From contig OZ316891.1 in the NCBI GenBank assembly GCA_973895155.1, positions 18,687,048 through 18,751,047 of the forward strand: a stretch of DNA of 64,000 nucleotides, written 5' to 3'. The notes below the pieces were generated by a model. The model worked only from the letters and a program-made list of their open reading frames with translations. It was not told where the DNA came from and searched no databases. The position numbers were made by a program, and so were the translations under genes. Shown in pieces: positions 50,775 to 63,719 of this stretch; position 1 is the stretch's first letter; every line of letters starts with the position of its first letter. This DNA comes from Marsupella aquatica. Its lineage: Eukaryota > Plantae > Marchantiophyta.

Positions 50775-51965
50775 TTACGCAGAGCTTTGGGCAGGTGACT
50801 TGAGGAGGGCTTTCAGCATCGCCATAGCTCCCACCAAGTTCACTGCTCCGACCAGAAGAAGAGGAGTAGGAACGGCACCCGTCAGAACGAGCCACGAAAA
50901 GCTCAAGAACAGGAAGGTTCGCCCCACTACTGTCGAGAGGTAGAAAGCCTCTGCTCCATTCATGCCTCTCATGTCGCCAACAGCTGTGCCAATATAATAC
51001 ACGCCGAAGACTACTGCCAAAATTGCTCCAATTCGAACCCATCCCAGTTTCACACCTTCCAGGTCGAATAGAACCCCAAATAAGACCCTAGGGAACCCTA
51101 GCAAGGCAATGCCTGCAACCGAGATGTAGATCCCCGTGATCAGCGCAACTGTGGCAGGTCTTTTATTTCTATGACCCTCAGTTTGAGGAAACTGGGCATC
51201 AGGAGACATTCCTCCACTACTCAGAATTACACGCTGCTTTTCTACTGCTTCCTTAACTGCTGGGAAGATCTTAATGCTGCCATCAGTTGCGAGAGCAGCC
51301 ATTTTGGGAACACGGGTGTGGTCGTCCTCTGGACAAGAGAGTAGACTGTCACAGATTCGAATTTCTTTGAACTCCATGGATGTGGCGAAAATCCTTGACG
51401 TGGCATCTCCTGCTCTCCCTGCTTGAACGTGCCCTTGAAGGCGGCCCAGTATGACCACATCCCCATCAGCTACCACTTGAGCTCCGGGCTCGACATCTCC
51501 AAGGATTATGATGGTGCCTGCATTCTCTAGAACCTCTCCGCTGTGGATTGTTCTCTTCAAGTACAAGCAGTTTGATTTGCTTCCCCCGTCCACCCCTCCG
51601 ACTGCTTCTTCAGCTGTTTCTCCTGCTCCTGATCTGATCCGAGATCTCCTCGTACTTGTGCTGCAGCTGACGTTCTCCCTCAAACCGGGGGGCTGTAGTG
51701 TCGGAAGAGGTCTGGATGCGAATGCGCATTGGGCTCTTTCCTTGCCATGTGAATGTAGAAAGCCAATTGGGCGTGAGAAACGGGCTCGCTGGGAGAATTC
51801 CTGGCGGGTGGAGCAAGTCGGTGGTGAACTGAGCAGAAAACTTGATGATCGTAGTTCGGAAGGAGTAACAGCTGCGAGTGGAGATTGTCTGGAGGTTTTG
51901 GAACGCCTTGATGTTTTCGATAAACCTCCACTGAGGCAACAATCATAGACGTTTGTGACAGACAT
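50775..51965 (-). CDS. MinC C-terminal-domain protein with putative plastid transit peptide and C-terminal multi-TM domain, intronless
   Basis: LYLKRTIHSGEVLENAGTIIILGDVEPGAQVVADGDVVILGRLQGHVQAG..GDATSRIFA matches the MinC_C beta-helix pattern; Ser/Arg-rich N-terminus; ~4 hydrophobic helices. First in-frame ATG at 51965. Confidence 0.82.
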   Translation of the reverse strand: MSVTNVYDCCLSGGLSKTSRRSKTSRQSPLAAVTPSELRSSSFLLSSPPTCSTRQEFSQRARFSRPIGFLHSHGKERAQCAFASRPLPTLQPPGLRENVSCSTSTRRSRIRSGAGETAEEAVGGVDGGSKSNCLYLKRTIHSGEVLENAGTIIILGDVEPGAQVVADGDVVILGRLQGHVQAGRAGDATSRIFATSMEFKEIRICDSLLSCPEDDHTRVPKMAALATDGSIKIFPAVKEAVEKQRVILSSGGMSPDAQFPQTEGHRNKRPATVALITGIYISVAGIALLGFPRVLFGVLFDLEGVKLGWVRIGAILAVVFGVYYIGTAVGDMRGMNGAEAFYLSTVVGRTFLFLSFSWLVLTGAVPTPLLLVGAVNLVGAMAMLKALLKSPAQSSA

Positions 51966-52119
51966 TGCATCAGAAGGGAACACTCGTGCAACTCTAAAGA
52001 GACTAGACTCCAAACGATCACGCTTCCTTGCACATCATGGTCCTGAATGAACCTTCCATTGTATATTGCACTACCAAAGGACAGAATTCTCCTAATACCT
52101 CTGGAAGTTCTCTCTTTGG

Positions 52120-52290
52120 ATAGTTATGAGCCATAAGCCTGGCCGTGGGTTATGAGATTTTTGGCCATCAAGAGCCATAAACCACCCTGCCAGCCTGGCC
52201 CAGGCATTATGAGATTTTGGCCCTGGCTAGCCCAACTGGAGGGTTATCCAATTTCAGAAGCAAATTTCAGGTAACAAATAGAGCCCAAAG
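52120..52290. repeat. Dispersed diverged repeat, related copy at ~56720-56845
   Basis: Shared GGGTTATGAGA..TGGCCA...GAGGGTT.TC.AATTT...GCAA.TTTCAGGT segments. Confidence 0.45.
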
Positions 52291-54455
52291 GTATTCAAAG
52301 CAAGGGTGTGAAACAAATTTCTCCTTTGGACCATGTTACCACGCCTTCCCCTTGAACCATGTTGCCTTGGCTACAGCATACACCTTCTCCTTGGACAAGG
52401 TTACGAGGCCTTGGCCACAGCATATACCTATACAATCATGAATATTATTTGCAACATGGCTACCACCAATAGGATCTACAATGACCACATCCCTATAGCA
52501 TAAACTCTTAGTACTCTAAAAAAGACAAAATATGTTTGTTGCCTGTTAGGAGCACCATCCTTGGGAGGAAGTGAAGGTAGATGCACGTGTAGTTGCTCTA
52601 TTTTGCAACATACTATCCTGAGTTTTGGGCAATGGAGTTATGGGCAATGGCTGCCACAGTATCCCATATGTCATTGTGTGTCAGGGTCCCCTAACTCCTG
52701 TGGCCACACCTGAGTAGATGAATAAACTGTCTCTGGGTCCAGCGACGCCTCACAAACACAAGTGGGTTGGACAAGGAGGCAAAGGTGGGTCGACCAAGTC
52801 AAAGGTATATGCATCTACACGGTGTGACCACTTATCCAGAGAAAAATACTATTTGAGTTTAGGGTTCTATGTCTTCCATTAGAAGGGTTTCTGATCAAGC
52901 TGCAGACCCCATATGCCAGAATCTAATGGTCGTCCTTAAATTTAGGAAAATTAGACAGGACATCACACAAAGTGACATTGGCCACACTAGCTAAACAAAA
53001 AAACCACAAGGCCACATTTTCCATACTTGCTAAAAAGGAAAAAAAAACACAAGGTGAACTTAGCCACACTAGCCAAACAGACCAAACCACAAGATCACAA
53101 TAGCTACACTTGCTAAAAAGACAAACCACTGGAGAATAGGCTCGCTGTTGGCCATCCTTGTTGACTCCAATTGCTCATTAGGGTAACTCTACATATATTC
53201 TCGGAAATTGTGCAGGACAATGTAACCGAGGACAAAACAAATCGGACAGCATGCTCTCGCATCCTGATTGGATATGGTATTCCAGACGGTATTGGCACAG
53301 TCGTGCATTGAACAATGGCACCCATATGTTCCGAATGTTTTTATCTTTCACAAGTTTAGAAGATATTTCAGATTAAGGCAGCCATGTCCAAGCCATGTCC
53401 AACGGTGTCCAATTGCAGCACTAGGTTGCCTACCGCTACCCGACCCTGGCCTGCACGAATATGTACCTTCAGAGACTGGATAGTCTGCCCAAATTTCCAC
53501 GGGGAAGTGTAACAATGGGACACAGGTGAATACACTATTACCCTAAACTGAAATATCTTCTAAGCTTGTGACAAAGAAATATATTCTCAACAAGAGAGAC
53601 TCTGTCAATACCTTGTCCTTCATCATTTTGATGTGCATCGCCGTGGCCTCTGTCAATAACCTGTCCTTCATCAATTATGTGCAGGGGTGTCCCATGCAAT
53701 GTCTTGTGGCGAGGTGTTGCGAGAGCCATAGTTTCTGAGGAAATTGTAGCTCAATTTCGTGATGGACCGTAGAAAATTGTGACCTGCGCTGTGGTATAAG
53801 GGATGCTTATTGTGACGAGGTCTTGCAGGAGCACGGTTTTCGATAGTATTGTAGCTCAATTTCATGATGCACTCGTAGAAAATCGTGTCCTGCCCTGTGG
53901 AAGAAGCGCTGCTCCATAATCGTCCCAGAGAATCCCTCGGACTGGACGCAAGCCATGCTTCAGCTCTCTATGGAGCCAGATGGAATGAAGTAGAGAGTCG
54001 ACGAGTTGCAGAGTTCGTGTGATTCATGACAACTTCTGACTAAGGAAGACTGACCCGTACCTATATTAACACACTGCTCTAACAAGGGGAAAACACAGGA
54101 AGATCAAAGAGTCAAAAAGCTCGAGAGTCCCAATGACCGGCAAAGGAATTAAAGCTCTACTGAGCAACAAACTGAAAGATCTGGAGTAATTTGTCTCGAA
54201 GGCGTCCGAAAACTAATGAAGCCTGAGACCTGAATATATAAATGAAGGACAATGAGAACTACAAAAACACTTCTATAAGTAATACGAGAAAAAGGTCTGA
54301 AAGGGCAGCTCTAGTCTTCACGAAACTTTCAAAGTGACGCATAGGACGATCGACGATAAAGGAAGGTGACATAACATAGCTTCATAATCGTACTATAAAC
54401 GGTGAGCTCTTACATCGACCCAATTTTCTTCTGCCGAATCTTATTCTACTTTAGT

Positions 54456-54753
54456 GACGATAGGCTTACGTCCGGAACCAGGGAGAAGACGTAGTGACGA
54501 AGCGAAGTGATTCGATGTGATGTGATGTGATGTGATCATATCGAGGAAAGTCATCACCCGCGGAGTAGTTTCCTGATTCCACTTTGTTTGACAATATGCG
54601 ACCATTCGAGACGATAGGCTTACGTCCGGAACCAGGGAGAAGACGTAGTGACGAAGCGAAGTGATTCGATGTGATGTGGTCATATCGAGGAAAGTCATCC
54701 ACCCGCGGGGTAGTTTCCTGATTCCACGTTGTTTGACAATATCCGACCATTCG
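54456..54753. repeat. Tandem duplication, ~2 x 150 bp, upstream of the second CYSTM gene
   Basis: GACGATAGGCTTACGTCCGGAACCAGGGAGAAGACG... at 54456 and 54610. Confidence 0.88.
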
Positions 54754-54985
54754 AGTCCGTTTTGCTGCTCTTTCCAAGTTGGTCACAAAACTATAGATCG
54801 TTGGCGTCAGAGGTGTGCCTTCCATCATCTGAACATTGCTTCCGACGAATAACCTTACGGACGCTAGCTGCAACTCTCTGTCGCTGGTTCTCGTCACCAC
54901 ATCGACTCCGGACTCCAGTGAGTTGCAAAATTTGACACTCTTCTGCTCGTTTCTCCTTCCCTCGAGTCTCTTGGGCTCTTACACT

Positions 54986-55872
54986 ATGGAGAAAGGTCCG
55001 GAGAAAGGCTTTGGATATCAGTATCCCAATCAAGGCGTTTATCCTTCGCAGCAGGAGGTTGCTGATGGCTACCCGGCTCAAGGTTCGTAATCGTTCTCGC
55101 TACGAAAAAGAATGAAAGTGTTGATTAGCTAATTAAATTACTACTGATGATTCAAGAGTAGTCGGTCAGGAGCTATTGTTTTGATTATGGACAACCCCGT
55201 GCACATGCAGCATACAAATAGGACTGTTAATGCTTTTTCCAATCTCCTACGGCATCTGAGCTTTCTAACCCTCCGAAAGAAGATTGAATGTCTCCCTAAG
55301 GCCACATGGAAAGTATAGACAGTTTTGAGAACTGATTCCATTCTCTACACTCGCCGCTGTATTGAAAGAAATGTGGAAACTCTCGATTCATACCTGCCCC
55401 CATGATTTCTATGAGGTTTTTTAACATTGCATTCGTTCGTTGCAGCGTATCCACCGCCCTTCGTTGCAGCTTATCCACAGCCACAACTGTACAGTCAGCA
55501 GCAACGGCCGGCAGTGTCCCCGCCTGAAGACAAGCAACCTCTACACCATGCTCCATATTATCAACGAGCTCCTTCTCGACGCACAAGTTTGCTGCGCGGA
55601 TTATATTTGTACAGCATACCTGGATATTTTCCTTTCTTCTCGTTAGTTGCACTCTTTCAATCCTGCAAACGAAAATCATGTTTGGGAGTGTTATCTTACT
55701 TTATGCTTGAATTTGTGAACAATGCAGCATCGCTTCTCTCTGCTGCTGCGGTCGCTGCGGTTGCTGTGGTTGCTGCGGTCGCTGCGGGTGCTGTGGTTGC
55801 TGTGGTTGCTGTGGTTGCTGCGGCGGGGATCGCTGCTGTTGTGACCCGGTTTGTGACAATGAACAGGAATAA
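54986..55872 (+). CDS. CYSTM-like paralog with expanded Cys-Gly C-terminus
   Basis: MEKGPEKGFGYQYPNQG parallels the gene at 36309; last exon IASLCCCGRCGCCGCCGRCGCCGCCGCCGCCGGDRCCCDPVCDNEQE*. The donor of the last intron is uncertain. Confidence 0.7.
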
Positions 55873-57943
55873 AGTTTATCTGGAAGCAGGCTGGGGCAGT
55901 GTTGTGAACTTGCATCCTTCGTTTCGATGGGAACAGGTCGTAACTCTGTATTAAACAGCAAACATGGAAAGCTCAATAGTCCTGTGAGCTTCAAATCATT
56001 ATCATGAAACTTCGACAATGGGGACCAGCAGCATCATGCCAAGCGATTGTACATACCTTACGGTTCTGGGATATGTGAACTTCGAAATTCCTGCTATTTG
56101 TCAAGTGGGATCTCGAAGTTTTGCTTCGCTTGATTTCAATTTCGTTTAGCTAGTGAAGATTTTCGTTTTGGTTGAGCTAGTGATGAATCTCCTTCCAGTT
56201 GACAGTTCGAAAGTTTAGTTGACAACTCTTTCTAGTGGATAATTCAAAATCATGGGGAGTACACGGTTCTCCCCGCTCCCGTAAATTATTGAATGCTTCA
56301 GGACAATTCTTCATTCTCCTCGTCCTTAAATCACCACTAGCCATGACAAAACCTTGATCCAGGAGGTTATCCATTTGTTGAGCTTCAGGAAATTCATCAT
56401 GCTCCTCGTCCTTAAATCACTACTAGCCATGACAAAACCTGGATCCTTGAGGTTATGCATTTGTTGAGCATTTGAATCTGTGCATTTGTTGAGCATTTGA
56501 ATCTGTTGAGCAATATGGCACAGGAGAGGAGAAGAATGAAAAAGGGAGAAGTCTTGGACACTTTCCCTTTTATATAGCTAAAGAGAGGAGAATAATGTCT
56601 TTTTATATAGCTAAGGAGAGGAGAAGAATGTGAATGTGAAAAAGGGAGAAGTATTGGTCACTTCCCCCTTTTATATAACTAGTGGCTGTTTGAATCTCTC
56701 TTGTATTTTTTTGCTATAGGTAATCATGAGCCAATACCCTGAGCCACTGCCCCCGTGGCCTGGGGTTATGAGACTTGGGCCACTTTGGCTAGGACCCCTA
56801 GAGGGTTGTCTAATTTTTGGTGCAATTTTCAGGTCATAGATAGAATAAACTAGGACAGATCATAGATAGAGTAAAACTGCACAAGGGGCTTAATCTTGTT
56901 AATCCATGGGCACTTGGGGGCCATGGCTGTGACACCCTCAGGCTTACAGCCCTAGGGAATCATGCAGATCATAATGGAGTAAAACTGCACTAGGAGCTTA
57001 AGCTTGTTAATCCATAACCATTTGGTGGCCATGGTTGTGAACCCCTTAGGCTTACCACCCTAGGGCATTACTTCCCACAATCCCCTTGGGCCCATGGGTT
57101 ACCTTACACATCTCTCACTCGTGTGTGGGATCTGTGGACATGCTAACCTCAATTTGGTGAGTCAACAAATCAGGGGAGTTGGTTTTGGTGAGTTCACAGC
57201 TCTCTGGAAGTTTGTAGGTTATTGGGATTATGTCACCAGAGTTTTCTGAGTTTCACTTTTTACGTTTAATAATAACTCTAATATAGCGTCTCAAAGCTTC
57301 ATAGATGAGGAGGATGTCATTTGGCCATATGTTTCACACGGTTAAATAAAAGTGTTTTTTTTTTGGGTGGGCGGTTCACCGGCCGCTACACTGACTTGTG
57401 GTCCTCTACACTGACTTGTGGTTGCAAAAAGTAATGGATCATGAATTTGGTGGTGGCAAAAAGTAATGGATCCTGAATATGGTGGTGTATGTCATTTTGT
57501 GTCCTTAAGTAACCTTAACTTAGTAGTTAAGGTCCATCAAATTTCCAGGTTTGAGACCCCATGATGAAGATATACTTCTTTGCAAGTCATTGTCAGATCT
57601 TGTACCTGCACCAACACTCTTAGATGCTCCATACCTACATTAGTTCAAGTTACAGGTTTGATCCACTTTTTAGGCAGGAACTTCTGTCACAAAAATTCAG
57701 CATCACAATTGTTTATTACATTCAAACTTCACAAGGATACGGTATAGGAGAACGGCCATTTGGTCTGGGGTGCTACCAGTCAGCTTTCTGAGCTTTCTGG
57801 TCACAGGGTTCGACTGCCCAGACCTCCTTTATAGTGTGTAATAACTTTATAGTGTGTAATAACTGTGCAAGAGATGTTTCACACTAATAAGACTCATTGT
57901 GTCCTTTACCTCGTCTTTCTGCCTGTGGGATCTCTGTCTTTTT

Positions 57944-58058
57944 ATCATATAGCATCTTGGAACATGCCTCTCTTTTCTTTTTTTGTCATATAGCATCTTG
58001 GAACATGCCTCTTTTTCTTTGTTTTGCCATATAGCATCTTGGAACATGCCTCTTCTTT
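57944..58058. repeat. ~41-bp tandem repeat, three copies
   Basis: CATATAGCATCTTGGAACATGCCTCT core repeated three times. Confidence 0.85.
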
Positions 58059-60807
58059 TTGTCTTAGTGATATGTAATTCATCTAATTTATTTCGGACCC
58101 CATGAGAGGTCCCTTCCAAAATTCCTGGCACTAGAGTGTGCCACGTCAACAGCAACCGCAACAAACAAGACTTGTCAGTTTTGTGAATCGAACTTATAGT
58201 TTTCATTTGTGTTTGCGTCAATTTGGGTGTCAATTTTGGGACGCCATGCCGTAAAAAGAAATGTAAAAAAATTAGAAATGCAAAGAGCGAGACAGGTAAA
58301 ATTGTCACTATGTAACCGTTTTAGTTACGCATCCATTTTTAAAAATTTGATTCAAAGATGTAAAAAGTATTTTTCATATAATAAACAATGATGAATAACT
58401 AACTTGATAGCTTCTTTGTTAATGGGTAATTGGCACATGGAGTAAGATTTTAGGCCTTCTGCAATTAAGGCAAACTGTCGGCTATGGTTGGATCTTGAAG
58501 TCAATAAACTGATACAATTCATTTGATCAAACATTGATGTGATTTCAACTGGACTTGCCACCGATTGAATATTGACTCTCTTAGCTTGAGAATTTGGTTA
58601 CGTGTAGCAAAAAGGCCTGATTTTGACATCTGTTTATGATAACCACGCTGTCAACTTTGGCCTGCAAACCAAAGTATTCATGTGCCAGTTGAAAAAATGC
58701 CAAACTGCTCAGGCCGTCGCTGAATGGGTCCACAATGATTTCGTGACAAACTGTAATCTAAGCAATGCAAACTGTAAAATCTATCCTACTCGTCCAGCAC
58801 AACATGAGGACCACCTTCCCTTCCTAATCAAACTTCTCTCTTCTTAAAGCTTAAGCTTTGCCCTTCTCCATTTGGTGAATAGTTAAGTCAATGTCATGGG
58901 GCTATTAACCTCTAATTCAAAATTTGCCAAAGTCAAACTTCAGTGAAATCTCCAGAATTCTCCAAAGTCAATCTTCAGTGAAAGTACATTGACAAATGGG
59001 GCAACAAATATTCTTGGCTAGTAGAAAGGTTAGGGTTCCTTGTTGAGAAAAGCAGATTTCTCAATTGATCTTGAGAAAGTAGTCTTCTCAAGTCAAAATT
59101 GAGTGCCCATGGCACTTTAGTTGTCTAATATACAGTCATCTAATTCCCAAATCTAACTTAAGTAAAAAAAACTGTGCCTTGGGTTTATTAATGTTCTAAA
59201 ATTAGATAAAATATTTCATAGATCTTAAGTGTTTTAATGTCTCCAAGCAATATGGACCTCATTAGCCTCTCAAATGTCAAGCTAAAAGCCTTTATTTTCC
59301 TTGTCATTATGAAGAAGATTGTAAAATGGATGAGGTAATTCTCTTATACTTTCACTAAAATTTGTAAAACTATCTCATCATAATAATATGTGATGCCAGA
59401 GCATTTTGGACCATAATAGCTTCTCACAAGTTGAGTTAAAGCTAATATTACATACACTATTTTTTACTCCAAACAAGGCCTAAAAAATATATCCAGGGGG
59501 TACACAAACTAGTTTTATGATAAGAGAAGAAGGTAAATGTAAAGTATTTGCCAATTAATTAATATATGTTCAGGAGATGTTTCACTGCAAACGTCGGGAA
59601 TTAGAAGCCACAGACGATCGATGAAGGTAACAACAAATTCGGAAGTTATTTTCCGGCAATCAGAAGTGTTGGGTCGATCCGAACTGGCGGGATGATTTCT
59701 TCATGCCCTGGGGAAAAACAAATCTGGCGCGCGATGTGAAATGGAAGAATTTGTCTGCTTCTTGTATCGCTTTCGTGCTTCTCTTCACTCCTCATCGTCG
59801 GTGAATCGCTTCATTTTTCATCAGCAATCACTGATGTTAGTGGTTCTGCAACTCAACGGGATTGGAAAGCCTCTAGAGAATCTCCTCGGTCAATCGATAG
59901 AGTAAATGTGTGACAACAGAGCAGAACGGAGCACTGAACAGAAGGCCGGGCTCTCAATTATGCCGATCTAGGTTTTTGTTACTGGGCACACATCCTTTAC
60001 AAAGATTGGGTAACCTTCTCGATTGAAATTGGGATACTGCAGTACTATTCAATACATTATTGAAGAGGCTATACCCAATCTAAATACATTATTGAAGAGG
60101 CTCAGTTGGAGAGACGTACTCAGCTCCCCAAACTTGAATTAGAGATGGCAGACAGGGAGTCCAAATACTTTTGGCTTCGAAGTATATGAGAGCGATTCCA
60201 GTACATGAACATTCATAGTTTACAAATTAGGTAGATTCGTAGATAGGTCCGAATAGAACTGGGCATCTGGGATACCAATGTTGTCTACTTTGCAACACCT
60301 CAGTGAGTGGCAATAAACTTCGCTACACACTTCATTTCTCTTTGAGCTCGCCCGATTGCTCTTCATCACCTTCCTGTCTTTGTAAAAGTGCAGTCAACCA
60401 TCTGGCACAACCATCATGCGTGTAAATAATACCAATCCCTCGTTAGCCTTGTTTTTTTTCGAATGAAGAAGTAAGTTTTTAAACAACCATGGAACTAATT
60501 CGGCTTCAGTCGGTCTGGACTAAAGACAACCCGGTTATGTGTCCCCCGTTATTGGCAGTGCCATCCAACGTTGACGATTTACATTACGTCATCTTCAGCC
60601 CCATCGAGCAGGTCAATTCGGTAAGCTTCTGACTGTGTACAATCTCCGCCGTGTTCCTGTATGCTCCCAGTCTTCCATTTAACGATTCCTTTCTCTCCGT
60701 AAGAGTCAGAGATCCGCCGAAGCACGTTATCTGAGCAACTAAAGCATCTCGTGGAAAGGTCATCTTCTCGAGAATCAGGTTTCGGATTGAAATTTGAGTC
60801 ACAAGAC

Positions 60808-62103
60808 TCATGACAAAGCCTTGAAAAACCTGACAGGCAGAGGCAGAGGGCTACCAGGCCTAAGCAGCGGATATGACCAAAATGGAGTTTGCCAAGAAAG
60901 GAAAAATGCCACCCAAGCGAATCCTAGCACCCTCAGCCATAATGACGGCCTATCATGGCGCGATCCAGCGGATCCTTTCTCAGCAAACATGCCGAAAACA
61001 TACTGCACCGCATCTTCCACCATGATCCCAAGAGCCTGGACCGAGAAGAAGTACACCGCAGAACTTTCCGCGATCGGCACTTGCATGAACCTGTCATTCT
61101 GGACGTGGATTAAACCAGACAGAACGAACGCGCAGAGAAGATTCGCATATCGTCCGAAGAGAGATTTTTTCGGTATACGGAGAATCTGATGCACGATGGC
61201 TGAGGAGTTGGACGTCAGGCTTTGTTGCAGTTCTTGGTGCCAGAAAGTGCTGCCACATATATGCCCCCACATCAGTTTCGGTAACTTTCGATACTTTTCC
61301 AAAGACAAAACGTTCGAACTAGTCTACAGTCAATCACGATTCTGCTTTGCTTACCCCCAAAACCGCCTGATCGTGTATGCGTCGGAGATTGACCCGAAAC
61401 GAGGTGGCCAGTCTGCGGGATTGCTAAGCAAAGATCCCACGGCGATAATTGAGAAGAGATCATACAATCCGGTTTGGACAGCATAAGACATGAACGAGAA
61501 TATTCCTGTCAGGATCAATCTCTCCACAAACTCCTCAACTGTGATCTGTCCCGCAGCCACCCTGCCTAGTAGCGGTTCTTTCCTTTTGTTAAATATCTCC
61601 TGCAGGTCCTGGGCTGGCGTGCTTGTGAGCAAGTCCAGCAAAAGATACGTCAACATAAAGCGTGTGGAGCGGAATAGCAAGAAATGCACCCGAGTAGGTA
61701 CATAGTCAGGGCGTCTCGAGTCGAAATGCGGCACGTTTCTGACTTGGCGCGGCGTGCCTATCTTTCTCTTGTTGCTGATCGAATCCGCAGTCCACCGAAT
61801 AACAGTCAGAAGCCCGGCATTGCCGTCCTCTGAGGATTTCTTGCTATCATAATGCAATCGAGACAAACAAACGTGGTCGATGGCTTCTAGAGATAAGAGC
61901 ACCCCGGAGTACATCCCGATAAAGCAATTCCACGAAGAATTTGTGCTGGCGCTAGGCGCAGTCAAGGTTGTCATGGCGCCAGAAGCGAGAATGAGGGAGA
62001 CCATGAACGGTCGCAGGGGAGAGAGCGGCTGAAGAGATGCCAAGGTCCATCCGAGTAGAAGAAAGGTAGCCAGTCCCCACAGATATGGAGTGAGAGAGGC
62101 CAT
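60808..62103 (-). CDS. MBOAT/wax-synthase-domain O-acyltransferase, fungal Tri7-like, one intron (~61250-61354)
   Basis: Multi-TM; RKIGTPRQVRNVPHF, DWPPRFGSISDAYTIRRFWG | TFWHQ, AFVLSGLIH, FFSVQALGIMVED. Confidence 0.85.
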
Positions 62104-62689
62104 CGTTGCGACCTCGCGTTGAGCAAACTAGCCTTAACATCAACACCTTGAAGAACCTCACCATAATCGGCGTTACTAGGGAGCAGGATGCGAAGAAGAG
62201 TCTATGAGATCCTCATGCTTGATCGGTGCTGTCCACAGCTCTTTTTTAAAGTCTTCTCGGAGTCTTCTTTCATACTTTTGAGAGGAGTGTGCCACAAGTC
62301 ACATAAAGGCACTATTTTATTCAAAACAATGGAACTCTGTGTGGAAAACGACGGGACGTCGAGTGACGCGGAACGGACCTCTTCTTCCAACCCTGCCTGC
62401 CGTGTACTTCAAAATCATCACCGACTATGGAACGCGTAAGCCACGGTTGTGCAATATTGCATCACTATGCAATTTCCCAACATCTCTTTGCAGCAAGCTC
62501 TGCTTGGAATTGTACTTCGACTCCACCCTAGGACCCCAAAGAAACTCTGCTGCACCTCGAGTGAATCTGCCATGATTGTTCCCGGCAACTTATGATTATT
62601 TCACGGGTCCTGCGCACCTCTGGTGTACCAGTTATCGTGCCAAGCCTGGACATGGCGAATCAGTGCTGGCATTTTAATCTTCTTGAGAC

Positions 62690-63472
62690 GTTAGATCGTA
62701 TCCATCGAACTGAAAGAAGCAGTGTATGTAACTCATCCAAAACGACTTCCGTCTCAATAGCAGTAACTTCTGGAAATGCTTCATGACAGTGAAACAATGC
62801 GAGGATTCTGAAGTTGCATCCAAAATGCCCCATGTGCTTGAACAGACCAAAGCATCAAATTTGTCCGGTCAAAGAAACACAAGGTTATTGTACTACTGAC
62901 GAAATGCGAGCTAGCACCAGCCAGCTGCATTTGCACTACGAGGATCAAATTGAAAGAGAGAGTGCATGAAACTCATCAAAAAAACTTCCGTCTCATAAGC
63001 AGTAACTTTTGAAAATGCTTTACGAGGGTGAAGCAAAGACAGGATTATGCAGTTGCATCCAAAATGCCCCATGTGCAGGGTGGTCATTACAACTAACCAA
63101 AAGCATAAAATTTCTCCGGTCAAAGCAACTCAAGGTTATTGTACTAATGAAAAAATGAGAGCTAGCATCAGCCAGCTGCATTTGCAAGCCTACAAGGATC
63201 TACAATCATATCGATCTAACTGAAAGACTATGTATGAAAAGCCTCATCGAACAGCCTTCCGCCTCACTAGCAGTAACTTGCTTTACGAGGGTGAAGCAAA
63301 GAGAGGATTCTGCAGTTTCCATCCAAAATGCCCCATGTGCTTGGGGGGTCATTACAACTAACCAAAAGCATAAAAATTCTCCGGTAAAAGCAACACACGG
63401 TTATTGTACTGCTGAAAAAATGAGAGCTAGTATCGGGCAGCTGCTTTTGCAAGCTTACAAGGATCTACAATA
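62690..63472. repeat. Diverged tandem repeat, ~240-270-bp unit, about three copies
   Basis: CTTCCG.CTCA..AGCAGTAACTT...CATCCAAAATGCCCCATGTGC...GGTTATTGTACT recurs near 62747, 62985 and 63256. Confidence 0.8.
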
Positions 63473-63719
63473 AAGTTGGATCTACATTACTTACAAGGCC
63501 GATGACCCATCTATGGCCAAAAACCCAAGCCTGTTACAGCTTGTACTACTACTAACCCACATGAATGCTATCAAAGAATGAATAGAAGACGTTATTTCCT
63601 TCTATCGACATGTTTTCCCTCGATTGAGATCTATGGAAGAGCTTGTGATTGTACAGATTGAAATTAGATACCTAATGTGACGGCTACCAACTGACTGCCA
63701 ATGTCTTACTTGTCAAAAT

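Noticed and set aside
53330-53590. ~50-bp diverged inverted repeat pair
   Set aside because: Probably an old MITE remnant; no TSD or defined ends could be supported.
55427-56018. ORF-track proteins with poly-Ala/Val (+) or poly-Gln/Pro (-) tracts
   Set aside because: Alternative frames of the Cys-Gly repeat exon; homology to the CYSTM paralog identifies the Cys frame.
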